The notes under the pieces: generated by a model
The model's database searches: none
What the model saw: the letters and a program-made list of their open reading frames with translations, nothing else
What the model was told of the DNA's origin: nothing
In this document: in pieces, positions 38,778 to 52,707 of the stretch
Position numbering within the stretch: the first letter of the stretch is position 1
How the letters are laid out: each line of letters opens with the position of its first letter
Source of the DNA: Felis catus
Taxonomy: Eukaryota
Reading direction: 5' to 3'
DNA: 64,000 bases
Assembly (NCBI RefSeq): GCF_018350175.1
Contig: NC_058368.1
Coordinates: forward strand, 165,976,001 to 166,040,000
Translations under genes and position numbers: made by a program

Positions 38778-40559
38778 CAGTTTTTGTGTGTATGTGTTTC
38801 TTTTTACCATGGTTCAAACTTTTCAAATCTCAAGTTTACAAAAAAACACAAGAATTATTATCTGAAAAAACTGATTTAATAATTTATATTTTAATTTTCT
38901 TACACTCACCTTTAATCCACACAGAACTCTAATGAATTTGTGTTAATGATTTCAAAACCTAGTAATATTCAAACACAGTAGGATAAATTTGACATTGTCT
39001 TCTCATGAAATTGAAATGTATTTTATAACAATATTAAAATTGAGTTAATTTGCCAAAACAGAAAGCCACTCATAGAATATTTGCTAAGATCAACTTTAAG
39101 GAGATGGCTCCTATTATAGCCATTTGAACTAGTAAAGGAAAAAAAAACTCCTAAGTGATTTTTCAAATTTTGTCTGTTGTTAACTGGGTAGGGTCAGGTA
39201 ACTGGAGGGGGAGCAAACAACACTGAAATGTTTTAACAAGTGCATTTATACCACTTCACATATATACATGAACTCTTTTCAGAAAAGAAGGAATATCTCC
39301 CATTAAATATACATTTGCATGCTCTCTGCTAATACTTTTAGCTAGCCATTTCATTTGGGTTGAGGAGTTCAGTATTCTAAGAGGAATAGTGGTTTTCTTT
39401 CAGCACTGATGTTTATTATATTCTTTCTGGACGACAACTCCATAAGTTTGATGTATCATATTAATTTGTTTTGTAGGAGTTGATCAATTAACTTGAGAAA
39501 ACTCTATGTAGTGTTGATTCAATCATATAACAAGCATAATTTAATATAAATGGTGCATAAGACATTGATTTTGCCCAACTGCTCTGTAGAATTAGTGTCA
39601 CTAAAGAAAGCAGCCAAGCTGAACTAACAATATTAAGCATTTGTGCAATTTATCTCTTGCTATAATGAACAGTAAATGATATAATGACCAACAAGATTAA
39701 TGATAAAACAAACATACTAGTTAGATTCATGCTATAGAAGACCAATTCACAATGTTACATGGTAATCAATAATTTGAAGATTAATTTAACCAATAGGAGT
39801 GTAAAAATCAAGCAACAGCGGAAATGGAAACCTTTCCTGGAACATGTTCACTGCTATAACCATTTAAAAATATACTCAAGATTGAATATGCTATAATTTA
39901 TCTGTTTACTTTATGATAAATTTATTTTCCAGAGTTTTAACCTAAAATTAGCTACTGTGCCAAGCAATTTATTTAAATGTCTCGCAATTGATGAACCTCC
40001 GATAGATGGTTAGGGATGCCTCCTTCCTGATTCTGCTACAAACGGAGAGGATGTTTATCAACAGTTGTCATTCACCACCAATATGGTTTCCTTCCAGTGG
40101 TTTTGCTAACTATAATTAACTAAAGAAAGCAAATTATGTCCAAAGTAGTTCAAAGCCTCACAGTAAGTAGAAATGTTCCCTTTTACTCCATGTCTTCCAT
40201 TGAATGAAATGGCTGTAAGTTAATACTCTGCAGTTCCTCAGTGTATCTGTTCATGACTTGAATTACAGCCAATAGTTACTTCCTCTCTAAAAGAGAGTTA
40301 TAAACATTATCCCCATGGTCAACTCTACTATAAAGACAAAGAATTTGTATCTTGACTCTGTTTTCATTCAAATAAACCATATAAACTAATTTTATGTGAA
40401 TAAATTCCTATAGAAGCAAACATTCATTATTAGTGTCTATGCTATTATTATTCAAGAGCATCATTTTCTGACACAAAAGGATTAGGACAGTGTTGGTGGT
40501 TAAATGAACAAATGACATGTACTTTAGCATGTGATTATGATAACATAATAAATAAAATT

Positions 40560-40780
40560 AAGTCACTGAGATCTATATGCCTCAGGTACTCCTCTAAAAA
40601 TTTTAGATGTAATAACACATTCATCATATTAAAATTCTCTTTGATAGGTATGAATTTTATCTCCATTTTGTACATGTTGAAACAGATACAACAGGGTTAA
40701 GTAACTCACAAAAGATCCCACAGCTATTAAGTGGAATATTTGTGGTTGGCCCCAAAATTTACTGTCTTTGCTATACTAAT
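40560..40780 (-). mobile_element. MIR relic
   Basis: atctccattttgtacatgttgaaacagatacaacagggttaagtaactc...cacagcta MIR core. Confidence 0.7.
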
Positions 40781-40855
40781 ATTTCTGTTTACTTAAACTT
40801 ACAAAATTCTTAAAAAAGAATTTTGCCATTTTACTTCATTTTTCTAAAGATAATC

Positions 40856-41073
40856 GGGGCACCTGGGTGGCGCAGTTGGTTAAGCGTCCGACTTCAGCCA
40901 GGTCACGATCTCGCGGTCCGTGAGTTCGAGCCCTGCGTCGGGCTCTGGGCTGATGGCTCAGAGCCTGGAGCCTGTTTCTGATTCTGTGTCTCCCTCTCTC
41001 TCTGCCCCTCCCCTGTTCATGCTCTGTCTCTCTCTGTCCCAAAAAAAAATAAATAAACGTTGAAAAAAAAATT
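40856..41073 (+). mobile_element. Young SINEC_Fc-type Can-SINE
   Basis: CpG-rich (ggtcacgatctcgcggtccgtgag); TSD TAAAGATAATC (40845-40855 / 41074-41084). Confidence 0.97.
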
Positions 41074-41127
41074 TAAAGATAATCAAAGGTTTAGTTTTGT
41101 TTTTCCTATACTTCAAAACAAATCTAT

Positions 41128-42207
41128 ACCATGCAGAAGAATGAAACTGGATCACTTTCTTACACCATACACAAAAATAAATTCAAAATGGATGAAAGAC
41201 TTAAATATGAGACAAGGAACCATTAAAATCCTACAGGAGAGTTGGGGCACCTGGGTGACTCAGCCGGTTGAGCGTCTGGCTTCGGCTTAGGTCATGATCT
41301 TACAGTTTATGGGTTCAAGCCCCGCATTGGGCTCTGTGCTAACAGCTTAGAACCTGGAGCCTGCTTTGAATTCTGTGTCTCCCTCTCTCTCTGCTCCTCC
41401 CCCACTCATGCTCTGTCTCTCTATCTCCTTCAAAAATAAATAAAAACATTAATTTTTTTTAAATCCTACAGGAGAAAACAGGCAGCAACCCCTTTGACCT
41501 TGGCCACAGCAACTTCTTACTTGACTCTGAAGGCAAGGGAAATAAAAGCAAAAATGAACTATTGGGACCTCATTGAGATAAAAAGCTTCTGCACAGCAAA
41601 GGAAATAATAAACAAAACTAAAAGCAACTAACAGAATGGGAAAAGATATTTGGAAAGTACATATTGGATAAAGGGTTAGTATCAAAAATCTATAAAGAGC
41701 TTACAAATTCAACACCCAAAACCAAATAACCCAGTGAAGAAATGGGCAGAAGACATGAATAGACACTTTTTCAAAGAAGACATCCAGATGGCAAACAGAT
41801 ACATGAAAAGATGCTCAACATCACTCATCATCAGGGAAATACAAATCAAAACCACAATGAGATACTACCTCATACTGGTCAAATAAATGGCTAAAACTAA
41901 CAATTCAGGAAAGAAGAAATGTTGCCAAGAATGTGAGAAAGGGCAACCCTTTTGCACTGTTGGTGGGAAGCAAACTGGTGCAGCCACTCTGGAAAACAGT
42001 GTGGAGGTTCCTCAAAAAATTAAAAATAGAATTACCCTATGACCCAGGCATTGTACTACTAGGAATTTATCCAAGGCATACAGGAGTGCTGTTTCAAAGG
42101 GGCACATGCACCCCTATGTTTACTGCAGTGCTATCAACAATAGCCGAATTATGGAAAGAGCACAAATGCTCACTGACTGATGAATGGATAAAGAAGACGC
42201 TATGTGT

Positions 42208-42256
<49 letters not shown>

Positions 42257-42641
42257 GGAATAGCAACAATGTGGATGGAGCTGGAGGGTTTTATGCTAAG
42301 TGAAGTAAGTCAGAGTAAGACAGACAATCACATGATTTCACTTATATACTGAATTTGAGAAATTTATGAGATGATCATGGGGAAGGGTAGGAAAAATAAG
42401 ATACAATCAGACAGGGAGGCAAACCATAAGAGATTCTTAAATACAGAGAAAAAACTGAGAGTTGATGGGGGTACGGGGGTTGGGGAATGGGTTAAATGGG
42501 TGAAGGGCATTAAGGAGAGCACTTATTGGGATGAGCACTGGGTGTTATATGTAAGTGATGAATCACTGGGTTTCACTGCTGAAGCCAAGACTACACTGTA
42601 TGTTAACTAACTTGACAATAAAAACAACAACAACAAAAAAA
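41128..42641 (+). mobile_element. 5'-truncated carnivore/felid L1 with nested SINE
   Basis: [25 protein letters not shown] and [28 protein letters not shown]2 motifs; (CA)n 42209-42253; (AAC)n tail. Confidence 0.95.
41244..41460 (+). mobile_element. Can-SINE nested in L1
   Basis: TSD AAATCCTACAGGAGA (41226-41240 / 41461-41475). Confidence 0.95.
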
Positions 42642-42699
42642 CTCTACCTTGTCATTTATCTAATTAAGTTCATGTGCTTGTGAAGAACACAATTTCAGA

Positions 42700-43236
42700 T
42701 GTATTGTAAGAAGCCAAACATCCCAGCCTCAAGGAGGGCAGTAACAGTAGAACAGAGCTACAGGCTTTTCACTCTGATGTGAAAAGGCCCCCACTACTTC
42801 CTATACTTCTTTCCCTTGCACTACAAATCCCTTGTTTTCCTCCACTTTGTGAGGGCATGTGTTTAATTTATAGCTTTGGTTTACCCACAGCTTTTGCCTC
42901 TTCATAATTGGAGCTTACATTCTTTCAAAACTTTAGTTTTCTACAAGTACTTACAACAACTTTCACCATAAATTGTCACACCTAACTTCTTAATTTACAT
43001 TTCTGAGAGAGGATGTCTGATTGGCTTAGGCAATTTTGACAGATCAGATCATATGGGCTGGCTGATACACTGATTGGCTGTTCTTTGGTCAGGTGCCCAC
43101 TCCCACTCCAGAAGCACTGTTACAATGAGGTGGTCACGGGTCCTTTTCCATTAGGGCCTGTGAGTGAGTTGGGTGAAGATCATTTAGAAGAGGCTATAGG
43201 CTGGCAGACCCCATGCTAACACAAATATCTAGCACA
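42700..43236 (-). mobile_element. Old MaLR LTR (MLT1K/L/N-like)
   Basis: gagagaggatgtctgattggc, ggtcaggtgcccac, ctggcaga...tatctagcaca motifs. Confidence 0.6.
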
Positions 43237-44360
43237 AGATCCAATGACACAGACATCACTATTCATAGACATCATTGTTTGAATGTGTCACAGGCCAAAA
43301 ACCAAGAAAGACTTAAAAAGTAATTCCCCAAGAGCTATTTTCAGAGTTTTTTAGTTATACGCTGATTAAAAATATTAGATTAAAAAGTACTTTATGCCAG
43401 AATAAGATAATTCAAAGAAAATATTTCAGAAAAACAATTCATTTGATCCATATGGTTGTATAATTTAAAAATGTTATCATACTTATCTACTCAATAATAT
43501 GTCTCAATGAAAAAGCTGGGGCTTTTTTGAATTCACATTGGCATTTTAGAATATTGATATTAATCAGAAAGGATTATCAAATATATCACATCTACAAAAC
43601 TATCTATTTAAAATCACAATTTAACATTTAAAGGACCCCCAAAACAAGTTCATACAATTTTTAAAGACAAAGCCTAATGATTTTTAAAGAGCTTTGTGGG
43701 TTCTGAACATGGAGGGATTATAGTAACCCCTTCTCATTCCTCCTTTCTTAGTACCTGCAACTTCTTTGGAATCCTAGGGTAATTTAAAATATGTATGTTT
43801 TTTTTTTAAAGATGTTTTGTAAACTTTCTCTGACCTCTTGATGTCCACTGACACTTTAAGTGGAGCATCTCAGTACAATTTAAGTTAATGTGCAAAACTC
43901 ATATTTAGATTATATAATCTCCATATTACCTATTTTTCACAGTCCTCAGAGTTACCTCTTTATCCTCCAATGACTATTATTAAAAATGAGGGCTGACATT
44001 GCACTTACAGTTTTGTTCATAAATCTGAAACAGGTAATTGTTCTTGATCAGGTGTTTATGCTCAGGTGTGGTATGCAAGCGCCTTCTAAGAATCACAGAT
44101 GTTCTTCATGTCTTGGTAGATAAGATTGACAGAGTAAATAAAAAGAAGGTAAATGAATCCAGCTCTATCTAACAAGGCAGCCCAATGACAAAATAAGATT
44201 AGGTTTAAAAGGAATGTTATATGGCCAAAAGCATACAGAACACCTTTTAAAGAAAGAGAGAGAACCCACATTCTGCACCTTAACCTAGGCGCACAGTACC
44301 ACTCTTTACCTGTGAATGCTGTTTTTCAATCTCATACAATAGGAGATGCTGTGGGTTTTT

Positions 44361-44655
44361 GTTTTTTGTTTTTTTTTTTTTGAGAGAGACAGCAAGAAGT
44401 AGAGATAGGAAGAGGGAGACAGAGGGAGAGAGAGGGACAGAGAGGGAGACAGAGGGAGAGAGAGGGAGGAAGGTAGAGAGAGAGAGAGAGAGAGACAGAG
44501 AGAGAGAGACAGAGAAGGAGAGGGAGAGAGATTCTTACGTAGGCTCCATGCTCAGCACAGAGACCAATATGGGACTCGATCCCATGACCCTGGGATCATA
44601 ACCTGAACCCAAATCAAAAGTTGGACACTCAACCAACTGAGCCATCCAGGAACCC
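44361..44655 (-). mobile_element. Older Can-SINE with expanded GA-rich tract
   Basis: About 150-bp GA tract (44382-44531); ends gagccatccaggaaccc; degenerate TSD ctgt(gg/ag)(g/a)ttttt. Confidence 0.9.
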
Positions 44656-44782
44656 TGTAGATTTTTCTAAATAAGTAACAATTAAGCAAAACCTCAAAAG
44701 TGCCTAACAAAGTTTACATAACACTCAGTGTCTTTTCAGATCTGCTTATTGTGTATTTGCCCCTAGTAATCTGAAGCACGTG

Positions 44783-44827
<45 letters not shown>
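44783..44827. repeat. (TA)n microsatellite
   Basis: Direct reading. Confidence 0.95.
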
Positions 44828-44829
<2 letters not shown>

Positions 44830-45164
44830 TATAGATATATAGAGGATTAAAAAGTTGTACACAATTTCCTCAATAAATAAATTACATGTTTATTTAAAAT
44901 GAATCTGACAGAAATAGTACTGGGTTAAAATAGAAGGTACTGATAACATTTGATGAGAGAAAGACATTATGTGACTTGCTTTGGGGAAAGAACTAAAAAT
45001 CTGCATTACTAATTACACAAACTAGAATATGAATGAAACTGTTTTATTAGAATGTTCCATATTGATTTCACAATCCTAAAAGTATTTATTTTCAAAAATT
45101 ATGTTTTTTGATGTTTACATACCAAGAAATTTTGATAGACCTAATTTTATACTAGGAAATAGTA

Positions 45165-45367
45165 ATTTTTTTTTTGAAACAGGATCACTAAAGCATGAGC
45201 GGGGGGGGGGGGGGTGGGCGGTGGACAGAAAGAGAGCAAACAGCTAGAATCCCAAGCAGCTGATATAGTCAGCATGGAGCCTGATATGGGTCTCGAACTC
45301 AGAAGCCATCAGATCATGACCTGAGCCGATTTCAGACACTTAACCAACTAAGCCACCCAGGGGCCCC
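45165..45367 (-). mobile_element. Diverged Can-SINE with G14 run
   Basis: Ends aagccacccaggggcccc; G-run 45201-45214. Confidence 0.88.
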
Positions 45368-47836
45368 AAGATCATAATAATTTTTTAAAAGATATGAAAA
45401 ACACTGCAAGTATCCAATATAGTCAATCAAAATAAAGATATTAATGGGATGTAAGAGACAAAAAGGAAAGCTGTGAAGTATAATCCAACAAAGCTATCTG
45501 ATCTTTCAGCTTATCTCTTCTGTTTAAAACTGATCTATTTTTTTTTTTCCCCAGGACTGATTCTCAGGTAAAACTTCCTGAATGGGAATATACAAATAGA
45601 GCTGAAATTTGTTTAAATTTTATAAGAAAAATATGTTTATAACAAAAGCTAACATATTTAAATTCCTAAGAGAATACTTTTGTCAGAGTGAATTTTTATT
45701 CTAATTTTAAACTGTATATGTTTTAGACTCTTAAAGTCCACTCTGGTACAGACAAAGAGCTCAACAACTACTGGTTGAACACAATTTTTAGTATATATCT
45801 AATTATCACTTTTATGTTTTTAAACATAATATTGACATTACCACTGTAATGTCTATTTTTTTTTAAATAGAGTTGACTTCTTCCACATCTTCTCTTTGCG
45901 ACATTTAGTACCTCCAGTGTTTGTTTGTTAAATAAGACTTGTAATGTCATTCAATGAAATTACATGCATGGGGTCTGGTACATACTATATGTTGAGTAAA
46001 AACTATTTACTTTCCTTGGTAAATATCACACAGCCATTATTCTCTCAACAGTTTTTCAATAGTGACAAAATATGGAAAACTCTTCAAAACCCTAATTTGT
46101 GTTTTTCTTTGTGCAACATTATTTCGTTCAAACATCAGTTATATATAAACATATATGAAGATTGAAATAAAGAGAAAATAACTATTATTAGTAGGTGATA
46201 TGAAATATTTTAAAAAATCTTAGATCATTAAGTTACATATTGTTTAAAAGAAGTATTATTTCAAAAATTAGAAATTTGGTGAATTATCTAATTAATTAAA
46301 AATTCTTTAAAAGATCAAACATTGTTTAGTATCTCATATAAGAAAAATTCATGACCATTCATCCTTTACATACCTATATAATCCTGTCAGTTTACTCTTA
46401 AACAATCTTCCTGAATTGCGCCTCCTATTTTAAAACTACACAAAATTTGTAACCTATATTTTATCCATAGAGTGGTAATCAGGGAGACATAATTTGAGAG
46501 ATACAGGGAAGCTCTTAAATGTCTCCTGCAATACCCAAACCCCAGTCACACACAGACTTTCATGACACTGAAATTTCAATACTTTTCATTGTTCCTTAAA
46601 GATAATTACTTATCACCATTACACTTAATAACATATTTATAATAAACATTATAGTCCTATATTATATATTTATAAGCATATATTAATATTCATCCATGTA
46701 TGGTATTATGGATAATTTTACATATTTGCTTTTCCTGACTGACCATGATGCACATGGTAGGAATACAGCATGTTAATCATGGTCAACTACGTAAGGAAAA
46801 ACAAATATGTATAATTAATCATAATACTTTATTAAAAGTTGTCTTCTGGCATTTTCAGCAGAGCTTAATGAAACACTAGGGAAGGAAGCAATTAATTCTG
46901 CTGGGGATGTAATGAGGTGCAGAAAACTTTTCTTGGAGAACTAGATACAGATAACATGGTCTAAAATCATTTTTTTTTTGGCACTATATGAAGATGCCAC
47001 CTGCAATATCTGGTACATTGGGTCAAGATACAGGAAAAAAAAACACACATGAAGTAGCATTTTAGGAAGCAAAATGTCTGGTTCAAGCTAGGTCCTGTAA
47101 CATTAAACATGACACTTCAGCGTATGAATCTCTTTAACTTTGATTTTGGTAATTTATGGCGACTGTATTGTGCAGTACAACTGGTATTTATGTCTGTGTC
47201 TTGTTTTCAACTGGATGAATTTCTTTAATTCGTGGGAACACACTACCCGGAGTGGTGGCTGAACTCTTCTGCCCCACCCAGCCCTTCCATCATGCCTTCT
47301 CACCCTTGGACAAAAATATACTAGACCAAAACGGTTTAACTAGAATAATGGACTTAGAAGGAAACAAACTAACAAAAGACTAGAGATTTGTATTCACCCA
47401 TTTCTCTTTCCTTAATATTAGGACTGAGCTTACACACAAGCAAGTATACTCTGTTCTGCACCACTCCTCCAAACTTTGTTATACAGGGGTCTTCCTCCAT
47501 AGTGAAGCTTGTAATGGCCCATTACCTTCCCTAACTGAGCAGGCAAATTGATCTAGTTCTAGGGTTCATAAAAATTCAATTTGGAAATATCCAAGACACA
47601 TATTCAAATATCAATATATTGGCAACAGAATAATGTTTAAGTCACTATCTACTACCTTAATTTTTTTAATTGAATCAGAATTTGATAGGGGAAAAGCTGA
47701 GTTTTTAATTGGGATCCACAAAGCCCAATTTACCACATTCCTTACAGATAAGAGAGTTATTTGAAATCAAACTGTGATCAGTTTGGAAAAGAAAAGGAAC
47801 TAAAAATAGAACAATTAATAAATTAGTGTCTTAAAT

Positions 47837-48047
47837 CAGAGATTGGTAAAGTATGATTGCAGACCAAATGCAGCCCACTGCCTGTTTTTTATTAGAACAA
47901 AGCCACACTCATTTACGTATTGTCTATGGTATGTTCATGTTCCAGTGCAAAAGTTGAGTATTTATAACATAGGCTGTATGTTCAGCAAAGTCCAAAATAT
48001 TTACTACCTGACTTTTTACCAAAAAAAAAGTGGCTTTCTGATCTTTG
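47837..48047. mobile_element. MER58A-like hAT-Charlie DNA transposon relic
   Basis: ccaaatgcagcccactgcctgttttt, ttagaacaaagccacac, atttacgtattgtctatgg and aaaatatttactacctga match the remembered MER58A consensus. Confidence 0.85.
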
Positions 48048-48604
48048 TCTTATTGATCAGAAGACAGAAGGAAAATAGGAAAATGAGTTGTAAAGCAATT
48101 ATATTCCTGATAACATATATTATAAATATTTTTCTAGTTTGAATATTGTAGTTTCTAAAAATGTTGAGATAGTAATTATTTTATCATCATCCTTGGATTA
48201 GAACATAACTTTGTGAGTAAACTGAATATTCTTCGAAGGGGTGTCATCACCCCTTTCACTCACATTGAGAAGTGGCTGATAATTAGAAGATGAAAACAAG
48301 CATAAGGTAAGCCTCTTTACATTGGTAGATTTAAAAAAAATACCCCTTCCTCTTTTCCTCTTTGGACTTTACTTCCCTGCATTTGTCTTTCAGAGGGAAG
48401 ATGTCTGGCTTCTGAATAAAAGGTGCTAAGATAGTATCCTACGTATGGAAGCAGACCAAAGAGATGAGATCCAAAAGCAATGTCTGCAACCTTGAATAAA
48501 GTGCAATTGCAGTACAGAGTACCAAGGTCTATCTCAAACTCACTTTTTCTGTTATTCCCAGCACTTACAAATGTCTGTGTGCATGGTCTAAATTTATTTA
48601 GTCT

Positions 48605-48880
48605 GTATAACTGGGTATTGGCTTGAGTAATATTTGTAGGTTTAAAAAATAAATCCCACAATTTCAGTGGTTTAACACAATAAAAGCTTATTTCTAATTC
48701 TTAAAGCAGTTCAATGTAAGTGTTATAGTTGGCAGGCAGGTTTCCTTTACATAGTGATTTAGAGACCAGGATTTTTCCGTGTTAGGATTTTTCTATCACA
48801 TCACTGTACTTGGATGCCTAGAGATCACAGGAGAAGGGGAGGGGAGGATGGTTGGGAAAATGTATCTTACTGATCAGCTG
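48605..48880 (-). mobile_element. Old MaLR LTR fragment (MLT1J/L-like)
   Basis: tcagtggtttaacacaataaaagcttatttct...catagtgatttagagaccagg. Confidence 0.65.
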
Positions 48881-48943
48881 CTCCACTGATATTATGGGAG
48901 AGGGTTCAGTTTTTTTGCTGCCTGTTTTAACCGTCTTTACCAA

Positions 48944-49007
48944 AAGTAAGTATGTATGTATGTAAGTAAGTAAGTAAGTAAGTAAGTAAATAAATAAATA
49001 AATAAAA
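48944..49007. repeat. Compound tetranucleotide (TATG)n(TAAG)n(TAAA)n
   Basis: Direct reading. Confidence 0.9.
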
Positions 49008-49180
49008 TCAAGTTCCCAAAATTTAGTTACCAATGATTCATAGCTGGAGCAAGCAATCCTGAAGCTATCTTGGTGAAAAACATGTAAGGAGAAAGTGAAC
49101 CTTGGAAAAGAGACAATGAGACCAAGTCAAACATCCTCCTTTGTAGGTAATTTTCCCATCATTAACCTTCATTTACTTAC

Positions 49181-49291
49181 CTTCATTTTATTAACTAAGG
49201 TAGTAGTTTTCTTGAATGGGCTCAAATAAAATAATGTGCAATAAATGTGCATATATACTGGTCGGGCAGGAAGTGGTACAGACTCTGGCAT
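49181..49291 (-). other. Candidate internal exon, 111 nt, open in phase 0 (MPESVPLPARPVYMHIYCTLFYLSPFKKTTTLVNKMK)
   Basis: Pyrimidine-rich upstream tract, branch-like TACTAAT, acceptor cgccag, consensus donor AAG|GTAAGT; unique sequence; product not recognised. Confidence 0.45.
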
Positions 49292-52200
49292 CTGGCGAAC
49301 AGAATTAGTATTTAGAAAAAGTGAAAACTCATAAAAAGGAAAAAATACAGGAAGGTCCAAAATAAGCTTTATTTTCTCCTCATATATTGTAGAGAATTCT
49401 CCAATTGTGAATAGATTTTCAACAAAAATGTAATTTAAATTTTTTATTAATGACTTAGGATTTATATCCCTAGGAGTTTTATTATGATTGTTTCCTTTAT
49501 TTTCATGGGGAAAAATAAGCCTAAGAAGCCTGTTGTCTATGGTTTGCCTGAAGTCACACAGTCAGTAAAAGAAGACACCATTTTTTACTCCAGATTTTCT
49601 GACTCTTACTTGTATAATTTGCCTATTATACTACATTATGTCCATAGATTCAGGACAGGAAATATTATGAACTCATCAAAGTGCTGAGTTTACCACACCA
49701 TGTTTTCTTCTATGGTGTGCATGCATGTGCGTGTGCGTGTGTGTGTTGGAAGAGGAGACAATTTGTTTTCATTAATCCAAATATAGGTAGAAGACCTTCA
49801 CCTACAACTCCCTGGAAGAAAGTGAACCAATCTGATAGATTGATGCCTTTACTCTATATGACTAGGTCAGACGGAGTTAATTAAGCACACTCAGGGCCCC
49901 CAAGCTAGAAGTGCTTTTGGATGAAGTTCAGAGAAAAGTCCCTGAAGCTAGCATGGAGCTGGCCCCAACTTCCTCATGTTGGCCAATACAAATATTATCA
50001 TTGGTCCTATTAATCAGTTACAGTTTTTGACTCTATGACCTTCTAAAGGCAATATATTTCCACAATGCTGTGTGAAGTATTTCCTTTTATTTGCTCAAAT
50101 GCACTTGATATTAATTTCTTCTAAGGCTTTCATATATACTTTGTAAAACCGTAAAGAAATGATATGGATCAATTTTTACTACATCTTTCTTAAACTCTCA
50201 TGACTCATTCAGTTTCCACTTCATTTCCTATTTCGGGAAAACAGGAAAACACTGTCTCTCTCTAATATATTTCTACACTTACTTTCTCATAAATAGTACT
50301 ATGAGTACTGACCTTTTCAGGGTACCTGATGACATATTCCTTCACTGAAATCACCAAGTTAAATGCAGTACAATGGCTTTAGTTATTTTCACATTAAGTT
50401 CAACTTTTGTTTTTACATACAAGTATCTATAATATTCATTACCTATTTTATGAATCCTCTCATTTTTTCCTTTAATAGATATTTACATATCAGAATCTAA
50501 TTGTGACAAAAATCACTGAATTACTTTTACTAACATATCTGTATCTGTGTTAGTTGTAATTTTTATATTATGTTGGCCTATAGGCTATTGGCCTTATCTG
50601 GACTTTTTGCAAACTCTATAAATAAGTTTTTAACTAAGAGAAACCACTTAATAATATCACCCAACATCACTTTCTATCTATTTCCTCCTTTAAATCATTA
50701 ATTTGTATAAACATCTGGGTAAATCTTGAGCAGTTTCTCATAGATAACATTTCTAGACATGGAGAGACAGAAAAAAAGAAACTCTGGGTTTCTACCACAC
50801 AAGTAGCTAAGTCTATAGCAAATGACATTGATACATGATCACTTAGCACCGCTTGGTATAATGATCATAAAAAGCAAGTAAATCAGTAATTTTCATATAG
50901 TTAAGCTCACCATATTTCAAAATGAATTTATACATGTAAAGTAATTTTTTAAAATATTTTTTGTAAATATGGCACATAATTTTTGGGCTTTGTAATTAAA
51001 CACTCTTCAACAAATTTTATGAATAGCAAGTGTGATATCAACAAGGCTCAAAATGTATTAGAACACTGTTATCTTTCCAAGATTTTTAGAAAAAAAAAAG
51101 AATAAAATTATGTAGATTCCTTACTCAAAATGCACTTTGGCTATGCAGCTTTTCTTCTGATGATGCTCTGCATTATGACTGTGGTTTAAAATCTTTTATA
51201 TAGATCATTGTTGTAAATGATTATGGTAGTTTTATCTTCAGCATATGTATGTGTGCTTCTTAAGAAAACAGTCATTAGAACTCCAATCCTGAATACTTCT
51301 AAATTTGCACCCCAATACATGCACATATACGCATCCTTCCAAGTAGGGTCTGTGAATTTTAGCTTTGATGATAGAGTAAGGAGTTTGGGGCAGGCATGTT
51401 ATTGATCAACTAACTAATATTTGTTGGTATGTTACGTGCATATAAAAATGACTCAATAAATGTTTATTTTATAACATTTAGGATAATTACAAATTATTTA
51501 AACTTCAACACAGTCCAGGAAATAGAACAATTTTTAAAGCCAATTTTATAAAAAGTATAAAGCCAAGAAATTTTCATGGTGTCACTGCATGCTTTCAAGC
51601 ATCTCAAAGGAAAATTCATTGTACAGATTTACCATTATTTTGATGTCTTTTTATCTTTCACAATGTCTTTAAAAACAATAAACTAAAAAATATTTATTGA
51701 ATCAAAAACAAAGTGTCTCAAAGACTGAAGGCAGCTGTCATTCAGATAAGACATTTTCAGCTTAAAGTTACAAATGCAATGGAAAATAATTTGAAACATA
51801 TCTCATAAAATGAAGTCCCTTTTGTAGATATATAGGAATTATAGACTCTTTTGTGATTTTTGTTTCTATTCTCTTTCCTTTCCATGACTAAGAAATCTAA
51901 AAAGTTTGGATTTCAGATTAAAGTTTCAAATAATTATCTGCATAACAATTCCAACATCTGGACAATAAAGGAATCAACATAGTTCAGGAAATACACAGTA
52001 TATACCCTAACTGCCCATAAGAAAAAGGTTGGGGAAGGAACAAATTTTCCCCAAAATTCACTCAAATAGAAGGCTATAAAGTAAGAGTAAAATACAAAAT
52101 AATATGGGAGGATAATATCAGTGATGCCAAAAAAAATGGAAATAGTTTAACTTAAAAATTAAGAGTGAGAAGGTCTCCATAGTGAGGGCAAAAAGAAATA

Positions 52201-52309
52201 TTGATTCTTAAGTTGTTTAAAAAAGATTCACCTAAAAATTTCAAAAAATGTTGAAAACACAAAATAAAAAAAACTTTATAAGTGAATTATAAATAAAAAT
52301 AATAACACA

Positions 52310-52510
52310 GAAGCACCTGGGTGACTTAGTCAGTTGGCCATCTGCTTTTGATTTCAGCTCAGGTCATAATCTAGTGGTCCATGAGATCAAGTCCTGTGTT
52401 GGGCTCTGCTCTGGCAGCACAGAGACTGCTTGGGATTCTCTCTCTCCCTCTCTCTGCCCTTCCTCTGTTCTCCCTATCTCTCAAAATAAATAAATAAACT
52501 CTTAAAAAGT
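52310..52510 (+). mobile_element. Older Can-SINE
   Basis: gcacctgggtgacttagtcagtt head, CT-rich region, tail. Confidence 0.9.
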
Positions 52511-52707
52511 TGTAACACAAATGTAACATTTTGTTCTGCATTAGTATTCCCGATCCTAATATATCCTCAGGTAGTCATACCTAAATAAGAAGGTTTCTTC
52601 AATAAGCTTAGACTTATAGGGAATGATGAAATAGTAAACTTTCAGAGTAATTTTTAAGTAAATTTTACCCAAGAATGATCTTTTTTATTATTTAAAATAT
52701 ACTCTTG

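Noticed and set aside
38554..38932. Four overlapping ORFs rich in Y, I, H, T, C, V
   Set aside because: Dinucleotide microsatellite translation.
41933..42352. Longest ORF (139 aa) and similar ORFs at 19267, 24010, 24077, 37632, 37905, 41060, 58141
   Set aside because: Fragments of decayed L1 ORF2, not host genes.
43943..44032. Plus-strand segment between tttttcacag and CAG|gtaatt
   Set aside because: Stops in all frames and no other support; such pairs are common by chance in AT-rich DNA.
45555..45567. 13-nt segment between poly-T/ccccag and CAG|gtaaaa
   Set aside because: Weak donor, frame-shifting length, no independent support.
48236..48255. 8-bp stem hairpin aaggggtg-tcat-cacccctt
   Set aside because: Too short for a pre-miRNA; expected by chance.
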